A stretch of DNA of 63,023 nt, counting the filler, from Thraustochytrium aureum (taxonomy: Eukaryota): NCBI GenBank assembly GCA_012862495.1. It is 4 parts of 3 records of this genome, joined end to end, with 100 filler letters (N's around TTAATTAATTAA, not from the genome) between each part and the next. Parts side by side here need not be neighbours in the genome. Positions count along the whole stretch, not along the records: positions 1 to 26,736 come from BLSG01000323.1; positions 26,837 to 50,807 come from BLSG01000324.1; 2 more parts are not named here. The stretch is one strand, 5' to 3'. Under the pieces are notes generated by a model that had not been told where the DNA came from, searched no databases, and worked only from the letters and a program-made list of their open reading frames with translations. Shown piece by piece: positions 24,278 through 34,900 of the stretch. The stretch's first letter is position 1. Each line of letters begins with the position of its first letter. The translations under genes were made by a program, and so were the position numbers.

Positions 24278-25618
24278 ATGATGGGGATGATGGTGGGGGT
24301 GATGCGGGATCTGCGGCGACGGCGCCGGGTGGTCGCGGTGGGGTGCGTTGTGGCCGCCTGCGCGCAGGTGGGCATGGCGGAATGTGGAGCGCGCGCGTTC
24401 AATCGCAGGGAGCCGCTTGAGGTGATGAACGAGTTTAATAGGCTGGTGGACGAGGTGTTTGTGGGGCAGACCCAGGCGATTCGCACCGTGCGCGGGGCGC
24501 TGCAGGATTTTGTGGAGAGGCCCGAAGATCATGACGGTCCACTTGTGCTGCACTTGGTAGGGCCACCCGGGACGGGCAAGAGCCTCTTGACCGAGCTTGT
24601 GGCCAAGTCGCTCTTCGACGACTGCGACTCCAAACTGCAGACCGCCAAGGGCATGGTGCGAAGCGCCCTTTGGAGCGCGTTCGCAGCTATGCCGTCTCTG
24701 ATGTCGTCCAACCTGGGCGTGGCCCGTGCGAGCAAGAACGCAATCGGCTACTTGACGCAGCGCAGCTGCTCAGAGGACGAGCGACTCGCCTCGTGGCAAA
24801 GCGCCTGCGGGATTGTCTACGCGACGTTCCACCCGCCCGATGCGGACGGCCCTGCCGACGACGACACCACCGTGTCCAACAAAGCGACGTTCAAGCAGTT
24901 CTTGTACACTGCCGCCCAGGAGCTCTTGCACGAGCCCCAGTCAGTCCTCATCTTGGACGACTTCAACTTTTGCCAACGCGAGTGCAGCGCCATGCTCAAA
25001 CAGCTGCTCACCTCGCAAACGCTACAAACCGCGGAGGGACGGACCGTGTCAGCGCGCCGAGCAGTCGTAATCCTGTGCAGCGACCTGTCGAGCATCGGGT
25101 TAGTTTTGGACCCCTCTGAGACGTATGAGTCGGCGCTCGAGCTGGTCTACAGCTCGGCCCGAAGTCTCTGGGGCGAGAGTTCGCTGGTGATCACGCGGGC
25201 TACGCACGTCCCCTTCGCGCCGCTCTCGGACGTGGACATGGGCAAGATCGTTGACTCGATAATCGCCGGCGTGCAGAAGGTGCTTCGCCGCCGCGTCGCG
25301 CGAGCGCTTGAGGTGCGGGCGGAAGCGGCCGGCAAGCCGTTCGAGTGGCAAGGCCGCTTTCTGCTGGAGGAGCAAACCAAGGTAGAGGTCATCGACCGCT
25401 TGCACGCAAGCATAGAGCTGATGAACGCTCGCGCGATGACCGAGGTCTTCAAGGAGTCGCTCAAGTTTAGCATTTTGCACCCCGCGCCAGTAGAGACGCG
25501 GCTTCAGAAGTTCAAGGAAGGCCAGGACCACTTTTACAGCAACGAGGATATCATCATCAAGGTGGGCGACTATTCGAGGTCAGGTGGGATGAACCTGAAG
25601 CTCGAGGTGGTTGGCTGA
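24278..25618 (+). CDS. Torsin-like / ClpB-D2-like AAA+ ATPase with N-terminal hydrophobic signal or anchor
   Basis: VFVGQTQAIRTVRGAL...DGPLVLHLVGPPGTGKSLLTELVAKSLF (torsin-style Walker A context), Walker B LILDDFN, GRTVSARRAVVILCSD, HVPFAPLS. A basic run plus hydrophobic stretch lies at the N-terminus. The start abuts a gap. Confidence 0.8.
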   Translation: MMGMMVGVMRDLRRRRRVVAVGCVVAACAQVGMAECGARAFNRREPLEVMNEFNRLVDEVFVGQTQAIRTVRGALQDFVERPEDHDGPLVLHLVGPPGTGKSLLTELVAKSLFDDCDSKLQTAKGMVRSALWSAFAAMPSLMSSNLGVARASKNAIGYLTQRSCSEDERLASWQSACGIVYATFHPPDADGPADDDTTVSNKATFKQFLYTAAQELLHEPQSVLILDDFNFCQRECSAMLKQLLTSQTLQTAEGRTVSARRAVVILCSDLSSIGLVLDPSETYESALELVYSSARSLWGESSLVITRATHVPFAPLSDVDMGKIVDSIIAGVQKVLRRRVARALEVRAEAAGKPFEWQGRFLLEEQTKVEVIDRLHASIELMNARAMTEVFKESLKFSILHPAPVETRLQKFKEGQDHFYSNEDIIIKVGDYSRSGGMNLKLEVVG

Positions 25619-25810
25619 TGCCGAGTGCCCCGCAACGAACCACCGCTGCTGGTTGCAGCGCATGTAGGACTAGGAGAAGCCCGCGGACGCAAGCCTCAGG
25701 GCGCGAGCGCCAGGTGTTTCACAAACCAAAACCCAAAGCCAACCTCCATTGTCAATCCGTTCGCCCTGGCCCCCCGCCCCTCGGCCAGCGAAACGCAAGA
25801 GCTAGCTTGT

Positions 25811-26736
25811 TCATTTTCGCGGGCACAGAGCGGCGCGGAAGGCCACGCGGCCTTGCAAGTTGTCGGTCCAGCCGATCGCCTTGTCATGCCTTGCGACAAG
25901 GTGGCCTGCGCAAGCGTCGGCCGGCATGGAGCCCCCAAGGAAGACGAAGCCGACGCCGCGAGACGGCAAACGGACCTCAGGGTTGTTGTGCACCTTGATT
26001 TGGCCCTGCGACAAAAAGTCTTTGAACCCCATCGCTACCTTGGACGTCGCATTGTTCACGCAGCCCTTGAGCACGACAATGGAGATGGCGTTCGTGTCCT
26101 TGCCTTTGCTCCGTTGCAGGAACCTCGTCGCCGCAGTCAGGATGCTCTTGGTCTGAGCAAGGTCTAGCACGATGACGTGGCTCGCAAAGCACTCTGCTCC
26201 AAGCCACTGCTCCAGGAACACCTCGACCGCGGCATGGTACACAGCCTCTTGGTCGCTGCCCTGGAGCCGCACCCCAAAAGCGTGCTTTGGGGGGTCGTCC
26301 GGGCTCTCTGAAGCGTCGTAGGCAACTGCTTGTGCAAAGCCGGCCAGGGCTCCGACAAAAGAGCCTTGTTCGTTGAGGCTCCCCACGTCCAATTCCTCGA
26401 CGCTGGCGAGCGCTTGCAAGGCGGCGCCCAGCCTCGCGTTCGCCGTCCTGACGCACAAATCGCGCGCACCTGCATCGCTGCGTTCGGCAACGCCATAGGC
26501 GCTCGCCAAGGCGACCACAACCAGCAGCAAGAACGCGGCAACGCCCCAAGAGTTATGCTGCCCGCTGTCGTCCTGCGCCACGCAGCCAGGTCTACCCGCG
26601 GGGTCCTCAGCGCGGCTCGAGGGCCCTTTCGCACGGGCCGCATCCGAGCTCGTCGAGGACGCCACCGCAGTGGGGCCCCCATCCGAGCTCTTCGAGGTCG
26701 CCTGCGAGCTGGTCGTCGAGGCGGCCTTCGACCTGG
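25811..26736 (-). CDS. Single-pass membrane protein with a degenerate AAA+-like C-terminal domain (LAP1/LULL1-like architecture); 5' end truncated at contig end
   Basis: Ser/Thr-rich N-terminus and TM helix WGVAAFLLLVVVALASAYGV. Then an alternating beta/alpha pattern matching AAA strands (FGVRLQGS, HVIVLDL, SIVVLKG, FKDFLSQGQI, VGFVFLG, LQGRVAF) with no Walker A/B. The ORF ends shortly after the last strand. Confidence 0.55.
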
Positions 26737-26836
26737 NNNNNNNNNNNNNNNNNNNNNNNNNNNNNNNNNNNNNNNNNNNNTTAATTAATTAANNNNNNNN
26801 NNNNNNNNNNNNNNNNNNNNNNNNNNNNNNNNNNNN
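26737..26836. other. Artificial contig-joining linker (44 N + TTAATTAATTAA + 44 N)
   Basis: Exactly 100 bp with a six-frame stop cassette at 26781-26792. Confidence 0.95.
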
Positions 26837-27186
26837 TAAATACTGATGAGTGAGTACACAGTGCTTACTCTATAGAGTACACGGAGAGTACACGGCGCTC
26901 GAATCTTTGTCGTCTCTCGCGGTCTGTTCGGGGCTGGAGATTTGTGATGACACCCTCTACTTACCTATCCAGCGGCGAGGGTTGCGCAGGATGTGGCTTG
27001 GGTTGCGCAACATCTGGCTTTCCCAAAATATCTTTCTGGCTCGCTCTGGCAGAAGCGTGCTCAGGCCCGACTCGAGCAGACCCTGAATCCCGAACGACAG
27101 CGAACCGGGCTTCACTCGAAAGTGCACATTCACGCCGAGCACCCTAGCTAGAACGAAAGGGCGCGCGGAGCCACAAGGAGGGGCTC

Positions 27187-30100
27187 ATGATACGTTCCAT
27201 GGCGAAACACTTTGCCGCTCGGCACGAAGAGGACCATGACTCGACGCCAGCGGGGCGAGCCGCGGCTCGGCGCCAGGCCAACCAAAGCCTTCTGTCGCGT
27301 CCCACACTACTCGGACAGGAGTGTGCTTCGATCGGCGACGTAGGCAACACTATACAGCAAGCCTCAGATCATCATGTGGTGCGCCAAGAGCCCAACCCTC
27401 ACGGCAACTCCTCACGGCAAACCAGAGCCACTGGCAGTGCCACTGGCAGAGCCATGCACGGCCGCAATGGCCTGGCGAGGGCGATTGGCGGACTCGCCTC
27501 TGAGCACTGCGAACCGAAGAGCCGCCGAGAGACCTCCGTGCTCCCGTCACTCGCCGAGGTGCTCGCCCCGCCAGACTTGGAGTTGCTTGGCGCTGAGGGC
27601 AGCGATGCGTACCTGCTTGAGAAAGCATTCCATCAACTCAGACATGAGATGATCGGTGCAGTCGTCGAGCAAGTGGCGGTTCTGTGTGGGAAGCGAGATG
27701 ACAAGGTACTTGAGCGCCAACTCGAGGCCCGCACCTTTCCCATCAAATACTTCAAACTCGACTTTCCAGATCGGGGCGGCTCATCAGACCCTGGGCTAAA
27801 GGTGGTATTGCAGCACCCAAAAGCAGCGTATGCAGTGCTCCGTCGAGCAGAGGAGCGCGCGCTGCACAACTCGAACGAAAATGCCGACGGAGGCAATGAT
27901 GCCTCCGCCGCAACTCGAGCGGAATCGGTCGCGCCGCAAGCCAAGGCTGCCAAACGGACCAAACCCAAGCCTGCCGCAGCCAAGCACCGCAAGGCCACAG
28001 GGGCTAAAGGCGGCGGCAACGCAGCAGCGCGAGCTGGCGCAAATGCCGGAAAGGCATCGCTACACAAGTGGTGGATGAACAACCCTAAGCTGCTGAGCTC
28101 CGGCTCTATCGCGTGCGTGGTGGTCGACCAACAGCCAATCGCCATCGCGCGCCTGGGCAAATTCGACGTGCCTAGAGACGTTCAAGTGGGCGGGGCCACC
28201 ATCTCGCTGGAGGTATGGGACAATGAGTCTCTCCGCCGGCTCCTCGCGTATATTCGCACCAAGGACTCGGATTCCCCGCCGAGCATGCTCAAGCTTGTTC
28301 AGCTCAAGGCTACCTTTTTCGCGCACGAGAGCGCACTGCGCAACCTTCAACTCATGGAAACAGTGCCGTTCAATGAGGAGCTCGTTGGCGCAACGCTTCA
28401 CAAGAGCGACCTGTTTGCCACAGAAACGTGGAAAGTTCAGCTGGCGCTGCCGGTGGCAATCCTCCGTGCGGCCAGAAACGAGACAAACCTGCAAGGCCCG
28501 TTCAATCTACCGCATGCGCTCATGCTAGACCCCGTGCAGTGTCGTGGTGTCGAGGCAGCCCTGTCCCAGCGCGTCAGCGTGTTGCAAGGCCCACCCGGGA
28601 CTGGCAAGTCGCTATGCGGCGCACTGGCCGGCAAATTGCTCTGGGACGCAGGCGCAACGATCTTGGTGATTTGCGTGACGAACCACGCCCTCGACCAGTA
28701 CTTGCTGGATCTCCTTGCCATGGGAGTGCGCAAGGACTCCATCCTGCGCCTTGGCTCGAGCCCCAAAGTCGCGGACGAGCTTCGGCCTGTCATGATCCGA
28801 GAGCTGAAAACCAAGACCAGGACACACAGCACGGCTCAGAAACGACTTTGGCGCGACGCGATGGTCGAAAAGGAAAACTTGCGAGGCTTGGTTTTGGAGC
28901 AAGTAGAACTCATCCGCACCTTGAACAGCTCCAAGTACCTCTCGTACTCCGCAATTGTGAGTTCTGGATGCAAAGCTGGACAGCAGGTGGTGTCAATGTT
29001 TCCAAAGACAAGTGCCGGCGACGGCTTCGCCTCGGTTGAAGCAGACGCACCCAGCTTGTTTAAAATGTGGCAGAAGGGAGGCAAACCAAGGGGCGCGGCG
29101 CGCGATCGCCGACACGTCTGGTCGCTCACGGCGGCGCAGCGCACCAAGATCTGCCAAGATCTGCGGTCTAGTGTTCAAGTCGAGCTTGCCGACGGCCTCA
29201 CTGACCTCCTCGGCCGACTAACCGAGTGCGAGCGAAAGATCCGCTGCCTGCTGGACGTTGAGGACCTCCACATCTTGTCCCAAAGGCGGGTCATCGGCTG
29301 CACCAGCGCGGCGGCGAGCAAGTTTGCTAATCTCTTCGCCGAGCGCGGCGTTAATGTCGTCATCATCGAGGAGGCCGGCGAGCTCCTCGAGCCGCATCTC
29401 TTTGCCACGATTCCGACGACTGCCGAGCAGCTCGTGATGATTGGCGACCATGAGCAGCTGCGGCCCCAGGTCAGCCAGTACGAGCTGACGCTCGACGCAC
29501 GCAAGGGTGGGGACCTCGACCGGTCAACCTTTGAGCGCCTGTTCGTTTCCGGGTACCCGCATGTTACTCTTGAGCTGCAGCATCGGATGCGGCCCGAAAT
29601 CTCTGCGCTGGTTCGCCGAATGACGTACCCAAAGCTGCGTGACGCGCCGGAGACGAGAGCGCGCGCCGACGTGCCCTTCTTGCAGCGAAATGTCGTGCTG
29701 TGGCGCCACGACCATTTCGAAAAGGACACGGCTGGCTCTGATACCCAGTCGCGTTGCAACCCTGACGAGGCAGACCTCGTTGCGCTTTCGGTGGGCTATC
29801 TCCTTCGTCAAGGAGTCAGACCGGATGAAATCGCGGTGCTGACGCCGTATCTGGGCCAGATCGCTCCGGTGGAAGCCAAACTCGAGCCGGTGCTGAAAAA
29901 GTTCAAGGCGGGTACCGTCCAGCTTGACGCCAGAGACGCTGACGAGCTAGAGGACGCCGGGCTTGCGCTGCGAGCGCGCGCTGTCAGCAAGGGCGTCCGC
30001 GTCGCCACAATCGACAACTATCAAGGCGAGGAAGCCCGCTACGTTGTCGTCTCGCTCGTCCGAGCGAACGTTTACGGCAACATTGGCTTCCTCAAGACGA

Positions 30101-31659
30101 AGCAGCGCGTCAACGTTCTCCTGTCGCGGGCTCGTGACTGCATGATTCTGCTTGCAAATCTGACCTGCTTCGTCAGCGACGTGGCCCGCGCACGATCCGC
30201 CGAGGGGTTCTCGTTGTGGTCCAGCCTTGCAGAAGATTTGGTCGACAGCACGTATGACGGCCTACCTGTGCGGTGCCCGGCGCACCCAGGTTGCACGAGG
30301 ACGCTTTCAAAGCCCGCAGAGTTCGAGTCGCCATGCAACCAAAAGTGTGCGGCGGTCCTCCCCTGCGGACATCAGTGTGCCAAAAAGTGCCACCACGGCA
30401 AGGCCCATCCCAAGTGCATCGCTATCGTTCGTGAAGTGAGGGAGTGCGGCCACAAGGGCGAGCGCCGTTGCGATCAACCTCACAGCCGGTGCGAGATTGA
30501 AGTCCCCGGCCTCTGTCCGAATGGCCATGAGGGCATCCACAAGTGCTGCGAAGGCCAAGTCCAGCGATGCAAAACTCAGCTCTACTTCAAGTGCCCGAAG
30601 GACCACGAGATCCCCTATCAGTGCCATCAGCCCACGCCAAAGGCAAACAGCTGCCGAGACTGCTTGAACCACGCAAAGCAGCAGGATGAGCTTCACCAAG
30701 AAAACCAACGCCTGCAGCAACAAATCGCGACGATGCGTGCAGAGAACGCAGCCCTCATCCGCGAGACGAAACTGAAAAGGTTGCGCGAACACAACAAAAG
30801 GCTCGAGCGAATCTGGAGGGAGCAACTCAACCAAAGCGTTCTGGCTGCGGCCGCTGACGCCAACGACGCTCTACTGTTGCCTCTTCCCCATGGGGCCAGG
30901 GCGGAAGGTCCTGCCGAATGCTTGATCTGCGTCGAGGCGATTCCAGAAACCGCGCACTGTCTCTGCTGTTCAAGAGGCCACACATATTGCTCAGACTGCG
31001 TCGAGAACATGGTAAACGCGAGCATCAATGGCGGTCAAGGGAAAGTCACCGCACTCGGTGGAGTGCGGTGTGCGATGCCCAACTGCGACAGTGACAGTTT
31101 CAAGGCGAACGAAATCCGTCGCTTCATCAAAGACGACGAGATATTCAACACCTGGCTTCGAGCTATGCGCACCGCACATGAAGCCACGATCATTGCACAA
31201 GCGAACGAGCGGCGACAAGCCGAAGCGGCTGCGGCGCAGGACGGCCGTGCCGTTCGGGTTCATATAGACCACGTGGAGAACGTCATTCTCACGCCACAGT
31301 GCCCTCGCGCCGGTCACCCGTTTGCAGAAGGTGGCTTTGATGCCTGCTTCCTACTCACGTGCAGCTCGTGTGAGCCCGAGTCTTCGTTTTGCGCGTGGTG
31401 CTTCGAGGACAACGTCGGTCACGGCCATGTAGCGGATTGCGCATTCAACCTGACGGCTCGTCGCGGTGGCGACGCCCTCTTCGGTTCTCAAGCGGACCTC
31501 GAGGAGGCGTATTCGCTGCGTTCGCAGCGCCTCTTGCGCGAGTACTGGGCGAGGGGCCCGTCGCGGCCAACCTCCCACCAGGTCCGGGGCGCCGTTCTCG
31601 CCCATCTAAGGGCCACGCACGCTGACCGACTCGGGCCGGCGCTCGTTGACCTCGCCTAG
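27187..31659 (+). CDS. ZNFX1-like SF1 (Upf1-type) helicase with NF-X1-type zinc fingers, coiled coil and C-terminal RING1 + RING2(Rcat)-like domains
   Basis: Helicase motifs QGPPGTGKS, TNHALDQ, IIEEAGE, IGDHEQLRP, RSTFERL, QHRMRPEIS, TPYLGQ, TIDNYQGEE, RVNVLLSRAR. Zn fingers CNQKCAAVLPCGHQCAKKCH and others. RING CLIC...CSRGHTYCSDC...CAMPNC. Terminal CPRAG...FDACFLLTCSSC...FCAWC...HGHVADC. Uninterrupted 1490-aa ORF. Confidence 0.9.
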   Translation: MIRSMAKHFAARHEEDHDSTPAGRAAARRQANQSLLSRPTLLGQECASIGDVGNTIQQASDHHVVRQEPNPHGNSSRQTRATGSATGRAMHGRNGLARAIGGLASEHCEPKSRRETSVLPSLAEVLAPPDLELLGAEGSDAYLLEKAFHQLRHEMIGAVVEQVAVLCGKRDDKVLERQLEARTFPIKYFKLDFPDRGGSSDPGLKVVLQHPKAAYAVLRRAEERALHNSNENADGGNDASAATRAESVAPQAKAAKRTKPKPAAAKHRKATGAKGGGNAAARAGANAGKASLHKWWMNNPKLLSSGSIACVVVDQQPIAIARLGKFDVPRDVQVGGATISLEVWDNESLRRLLAYIRTKDSDSPPSMLKLVQLKATFFAHESALRNLQLMETVPFNEELVGATLHKSDLFATETWKVQLALPVAILRAARNETNLQGPFNLPHALMLDPVQCRGVEAALSQRVSVLQGPPGTGKSLCGALAGKLLWDAGATILVICVTNHALDQYLLDLLAMGVRKDSILRLGSSPKVADELRPVMIRELKTKTRTHSTAQKRLWRDAMVEKENLRGLVLEQVELIRTLNSSKYLSYSAIVSSGCKAGQQVVSMFPKTSAGDGFASVEADAPSLFKMWQKGGKPRGAARDRRHVWSLTAAQRTKICQDLRSSVQVELADGLTDLLGRLTECERKIRCLLDVEDLHILSQRRVIGCTSAAASKFANLFAERGVNVVIIEEAGELLEPHLFATIPTTAEQLVMIGDHEQLRPQVSQYELTLDARKGGDLDRSTFERLFVSGYPHVTLELQHRMRPEISALVRRMTYPKLRDAPETRARADVPFLQRNVVLWRHDHFEKDTAGSDTQSRCNPDEADLVALSVGYLLRQGVRPDEIAVLTPYLGQIAPVEAKLEPVLKKFKAGTVQLDARDADELEDAGLALRARAVSKGVRVATIDNYQGEEARYVVVSLVRANVYGNIGFLKTKQRVNVLLSRARDCMILLANLTCFVSDVARARSAEGFSLWSSLAEDLVDSTYDGLPVRCPAHPGCTRTLSKPAEFESPCNQKCAAVLPCGHQCAKKCHHGKAHPKCIAIVREVRECGHKGERRCDQPHSRCEIEVPGLCPNGHEGIHKCCEGQVQRCKTQLYFKCPKDHEIPYQCHQPTPKANSCRDCLNHAKQQDELHQENQRLQQQIATMRAENAALIRETKLKRLREHNKRLERIWREQLNQSVLAAAADANDALLLPLPHGARAEGPAECLICVEAIPETAHCLCCSRGHTYCSDCVENMVNASINGGQGKVTALGGVRCAMPNCDSDSFKANEIRRFIKDDEIFNTWLRAMRTAHEATIIAQANERRQAEAAAAQDGRAVRVHIDHVENVILTPQCPRAGHPFAEGGFDACFLLTCSSCEPESSFCAWCFEDNVGHGHVADCAFNLTARRGGDALFGSQADLEEAYSLRSQRLLREYWARGPSRPTSHQVRGAVLAHLRATHADRLGPALVDLA

Positions 31660-31938
31660 ATGGATTTTCCTTTGGACAAACCCACCCTCGTGCCCCGTTT
31701 CTTTCGCCGCGGGCCGGCCAGCTCGTCTGTTTTTTCTCCGTCTACTTGCTGTGAACGCCCATGTTGATTGAGCCTGTACTCGCACTGGTACCGGTATGTC
31801 CGGCCGTTGTGCTCGTTTTGCTCACGGCGTGTCCGTTGGCACCTTCCTTGCTTGGTTGCTTGGTTGCTTGGTTGGATGCAGGATGCGACGCAGTTCTGCT
31901 TCGCTGCTCCGCCTGGCGCGCGCCGCGCGGCGAACGCG

Positions 31939-34900
31939 ATGATGGATGCGGACAATGTGCTGTTCGTGGAGCCCGGGGCGACTNNNNNNNNNNNNNNNNN
32001 NNNNNNNNNNNNNNNNNNNNNNNNNNNNNNNNNNNNNNNNNNNNNNNNNNNNNNNNNNNNNNNNNNNNNNNNNNNNNNNNNNNNNNNNNNNNNNNNNNNN
32101 NNNNNNNNNNNNNNNNNNNNNNNNNNNNNNNNNNNNNNNNNNNNNNNNNNNNNNNNNNNNNNNNNNNNNNNNNNNNNNNNNNNNNNNNNNNNNNNNNNNN
32201 NNNNNNNNNNNGAGCCAGCCGAGCTGTCGCTCAAGGAGCTCAGACTCCACTTGAACGCCAGAGGGCGCACGGACGTGCTCGGGAGCAGGGGGGAGCTGGT
32301 GATTCAGCTGCGGCAAGCGCTCGATGAAGAGGCCAAACAGGCGTGGGACGAACGGCAGGCGGGCCTTTCCAAAACGCATGTGCGGCTTCGGCGGATGGTC
32401 GAGGTTATTGCGGAGGAGGACGAGGCCTTCGAACTCGGCAAAGCCAACAAATGGAAGAAAGAGTTTGAGCAGGCCGGCGCCTGGGACTGGACTATCGACC
32501 CGCGCTCGCTCAACAAGCGCGAAGAAAAGGCACGCAAGGCCTACGAGATGGCAGTGCGCGCGCGCAAACGCAAGAGACCCGTGCTGGCCGCTGCAGCAAA
32601 GGCGGACAAAGAGCGGGCCCAAGCCGAGGATGCAGAAAGGGAGCGAATGCAAAAGGAGCGGGCCGTCGAGGTCAAGCTTCGCGCCAAGGCAGATATGTGC
32701 TCCTATCGGTGCAACGTCGACGGGGTCGACTATTACTGCATAAACAGCAGATTTAGATTTAGGGACAGGACGGAGCTGCGCACGTGCGGCTACCATGCGA
32801 CCATATGCACAGAGGTCGAGTATCACGGTGACCTGCCAGGGGCGCAGGTGCTCGCCAAGGCGCCAGCTAACGACGGGCGCAAGCCGCCCGTCGCCGGGCA
32901 GGCACGCGTCAAGATGCCCAACGAAGACGGCTTGTGCCTCGAGTGCTTTCGACGCAAGGTGGGCAAGCAACCGCCGGCGTTCCTCAAACACCAGTGCCCG
33001 GGTACGCACATACTGCGCGCCGAGCAAGCAGCTCAACTTGCCCAGCTGCACGACTCGGCCCTCCATGCGCTGCGAGCCGCAAACGACGGCAGCAGTGACC
33101 CTGGGGCCGACCGCCGCGCAACTTGCAAGTGGCGCGGAGCCACCAAGTCAGAGGCAAAGCTTGTTTGCACAAACCTCGTCCTGCACCAGGGCAAGCTAAC
33201 CTGCGGCTACCATACAACAAAGTGCGAGCTCATCCACCCGGGCACCGCGCCGAGAATTGAGGCCCCGAACGCGCTGGGCATGTGCAAGTCACACTATGCG
33301 GCAAAAACAGGCCGCGACGCGACGCAAGAGCGCCTTGGCTGGCCCGTTGTGGCGGGACGGCGGCGCCCGCCTGGCGTCGTCCTGGTGCGCCGCAAAGTTG
33401 TTCCGCAAAAAGAGCACTCGCTTCGCCCGCGCGTGGCGACACCGACTCCTTTTAAAAAGCTGCACGTTCGCAACTGGATCCAGCAAGACTTCGACATGAG
33501 ACCGGACGCCTCGATTAAAGTCATCGATATCGACTGGGCCGCCTTCGACCCGCGCCCGCGCATGCGAAGCCTTGCGGATCGCTTCGCGACACGCTTCCTT
33601 AGCCCGAAATTGCGCGAAACCATTGAGAATCGTCGCCGCCTCGCGAAGCGAATCGCGCGCAGGACGTTGCTAGGAGGTCGCTTCGCTGTCGACTTGCAGC
33701 GCGTGTACCGAGGGCACCGTGGCCGAAAGCTCGCGGCTCGTCGCCGGTTTCTGGTTGCAGCATTTCACCGCACAAAGGCCGTGCTTTTAATCCAAGCCCA
33801 GGTCCGCGGGATGCTCGACCGAGCAAGGGTGCTCAAGCACCGCGAAGAGTACTGCCGCGCCGTTGACCTCTTTCAACGCATAGTGCGCGGCCACCTTTCG
33901 CGCAAGGAAACCAAGTTGGCCATTGCAGCTCGCAACATTCAGCGCTGCGTCCGCGGGTTCCTCTGCAGGCTAAACCTTGTCGCCCAGTCCATCATCATGC
34001 GCTTCCGCAACCTCCGGGAGGACGAGATGTGGGCCCACTTGGTCCTGGTGCAATACCTGCGCCGCTACATAAAGCGCTGGAGGATCAAGCGCGACGCCGA
34101 GAGACGGGCTGCTGTGGAGCTCGCCGCATGCAGGATTCAGACATGGGTGCGGTCCATTCTCGCAAAGCAAGAGCTCGTAAAATTGCGACACGCGATGCGT
34201 CGGAGGACGCTTGCCAAGGCGATGATCGAAAACGTTGTGCACCAGTACTTTGTCTCAACCCGCGGCCAGGTTGTGCAGGTTTACCATCACAAGGCCGCGA
34301 CTCGCTTCCAGGCGCTTTGGCGTGGGTTCCGCAGCCGCGTGCGAGCAAATCTAGAGCGCGAGTCAATCGAAAAGGCTTGGCGGTGGGTCGACCCGGAAAG
34401 ACCGCGCACCTCCTACGACCAGCTGCTGCCCAGGACGTGGTACGGAGACCCTGTCTCCACCAACGGGGTCACCCAGTTCTGGATGGACCGCAAGCAGGTC
34501 TGCATTGCTGACCTGCTCCTCGGCCTCAAGCTTGGCCCGCCACCAGAGCCCAAAAGGCAGCGCCCCGACGCCCCAGACAATCAAGAGGACGGAAAGGGCC
34601 ACCGGCATGGTCGGCAAGGCAAATCACGTGGGGCTACGGCACCTGCCAGCTCGAGTGAGGCCCTTTGGAGTAAGATGCCTTTCCTTGCTTTCGACGAAGC
34701 GGGAACTGGCCGGGTTCGCCGCTTTGAATTTGCCCAGGCCCTGCGCGAGATGGGCTACCGCATGACAGAGACCCAGGTCCGGCAAGTGACAACGCGCTGG
34801 TCTGGACCCGACGGAACAATTGACTACATGTCCTTCCTCACGTATGCGGAGCAAGAGGTCGCCGCCTGCGAAAAGCACCGAGCATGGGCTTGTCCCCTGT

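Noticed and set aside
26781..26792. TTAATTAATTAA motif recurring three times (also 50852 and 60320), resembling piggyBac TTAA sites or a regulatory element
   Set aside because: Always centred in exactly 44+44 Ns. It is an artificial six-frame-stop linker, so adjacency across it is unverified.
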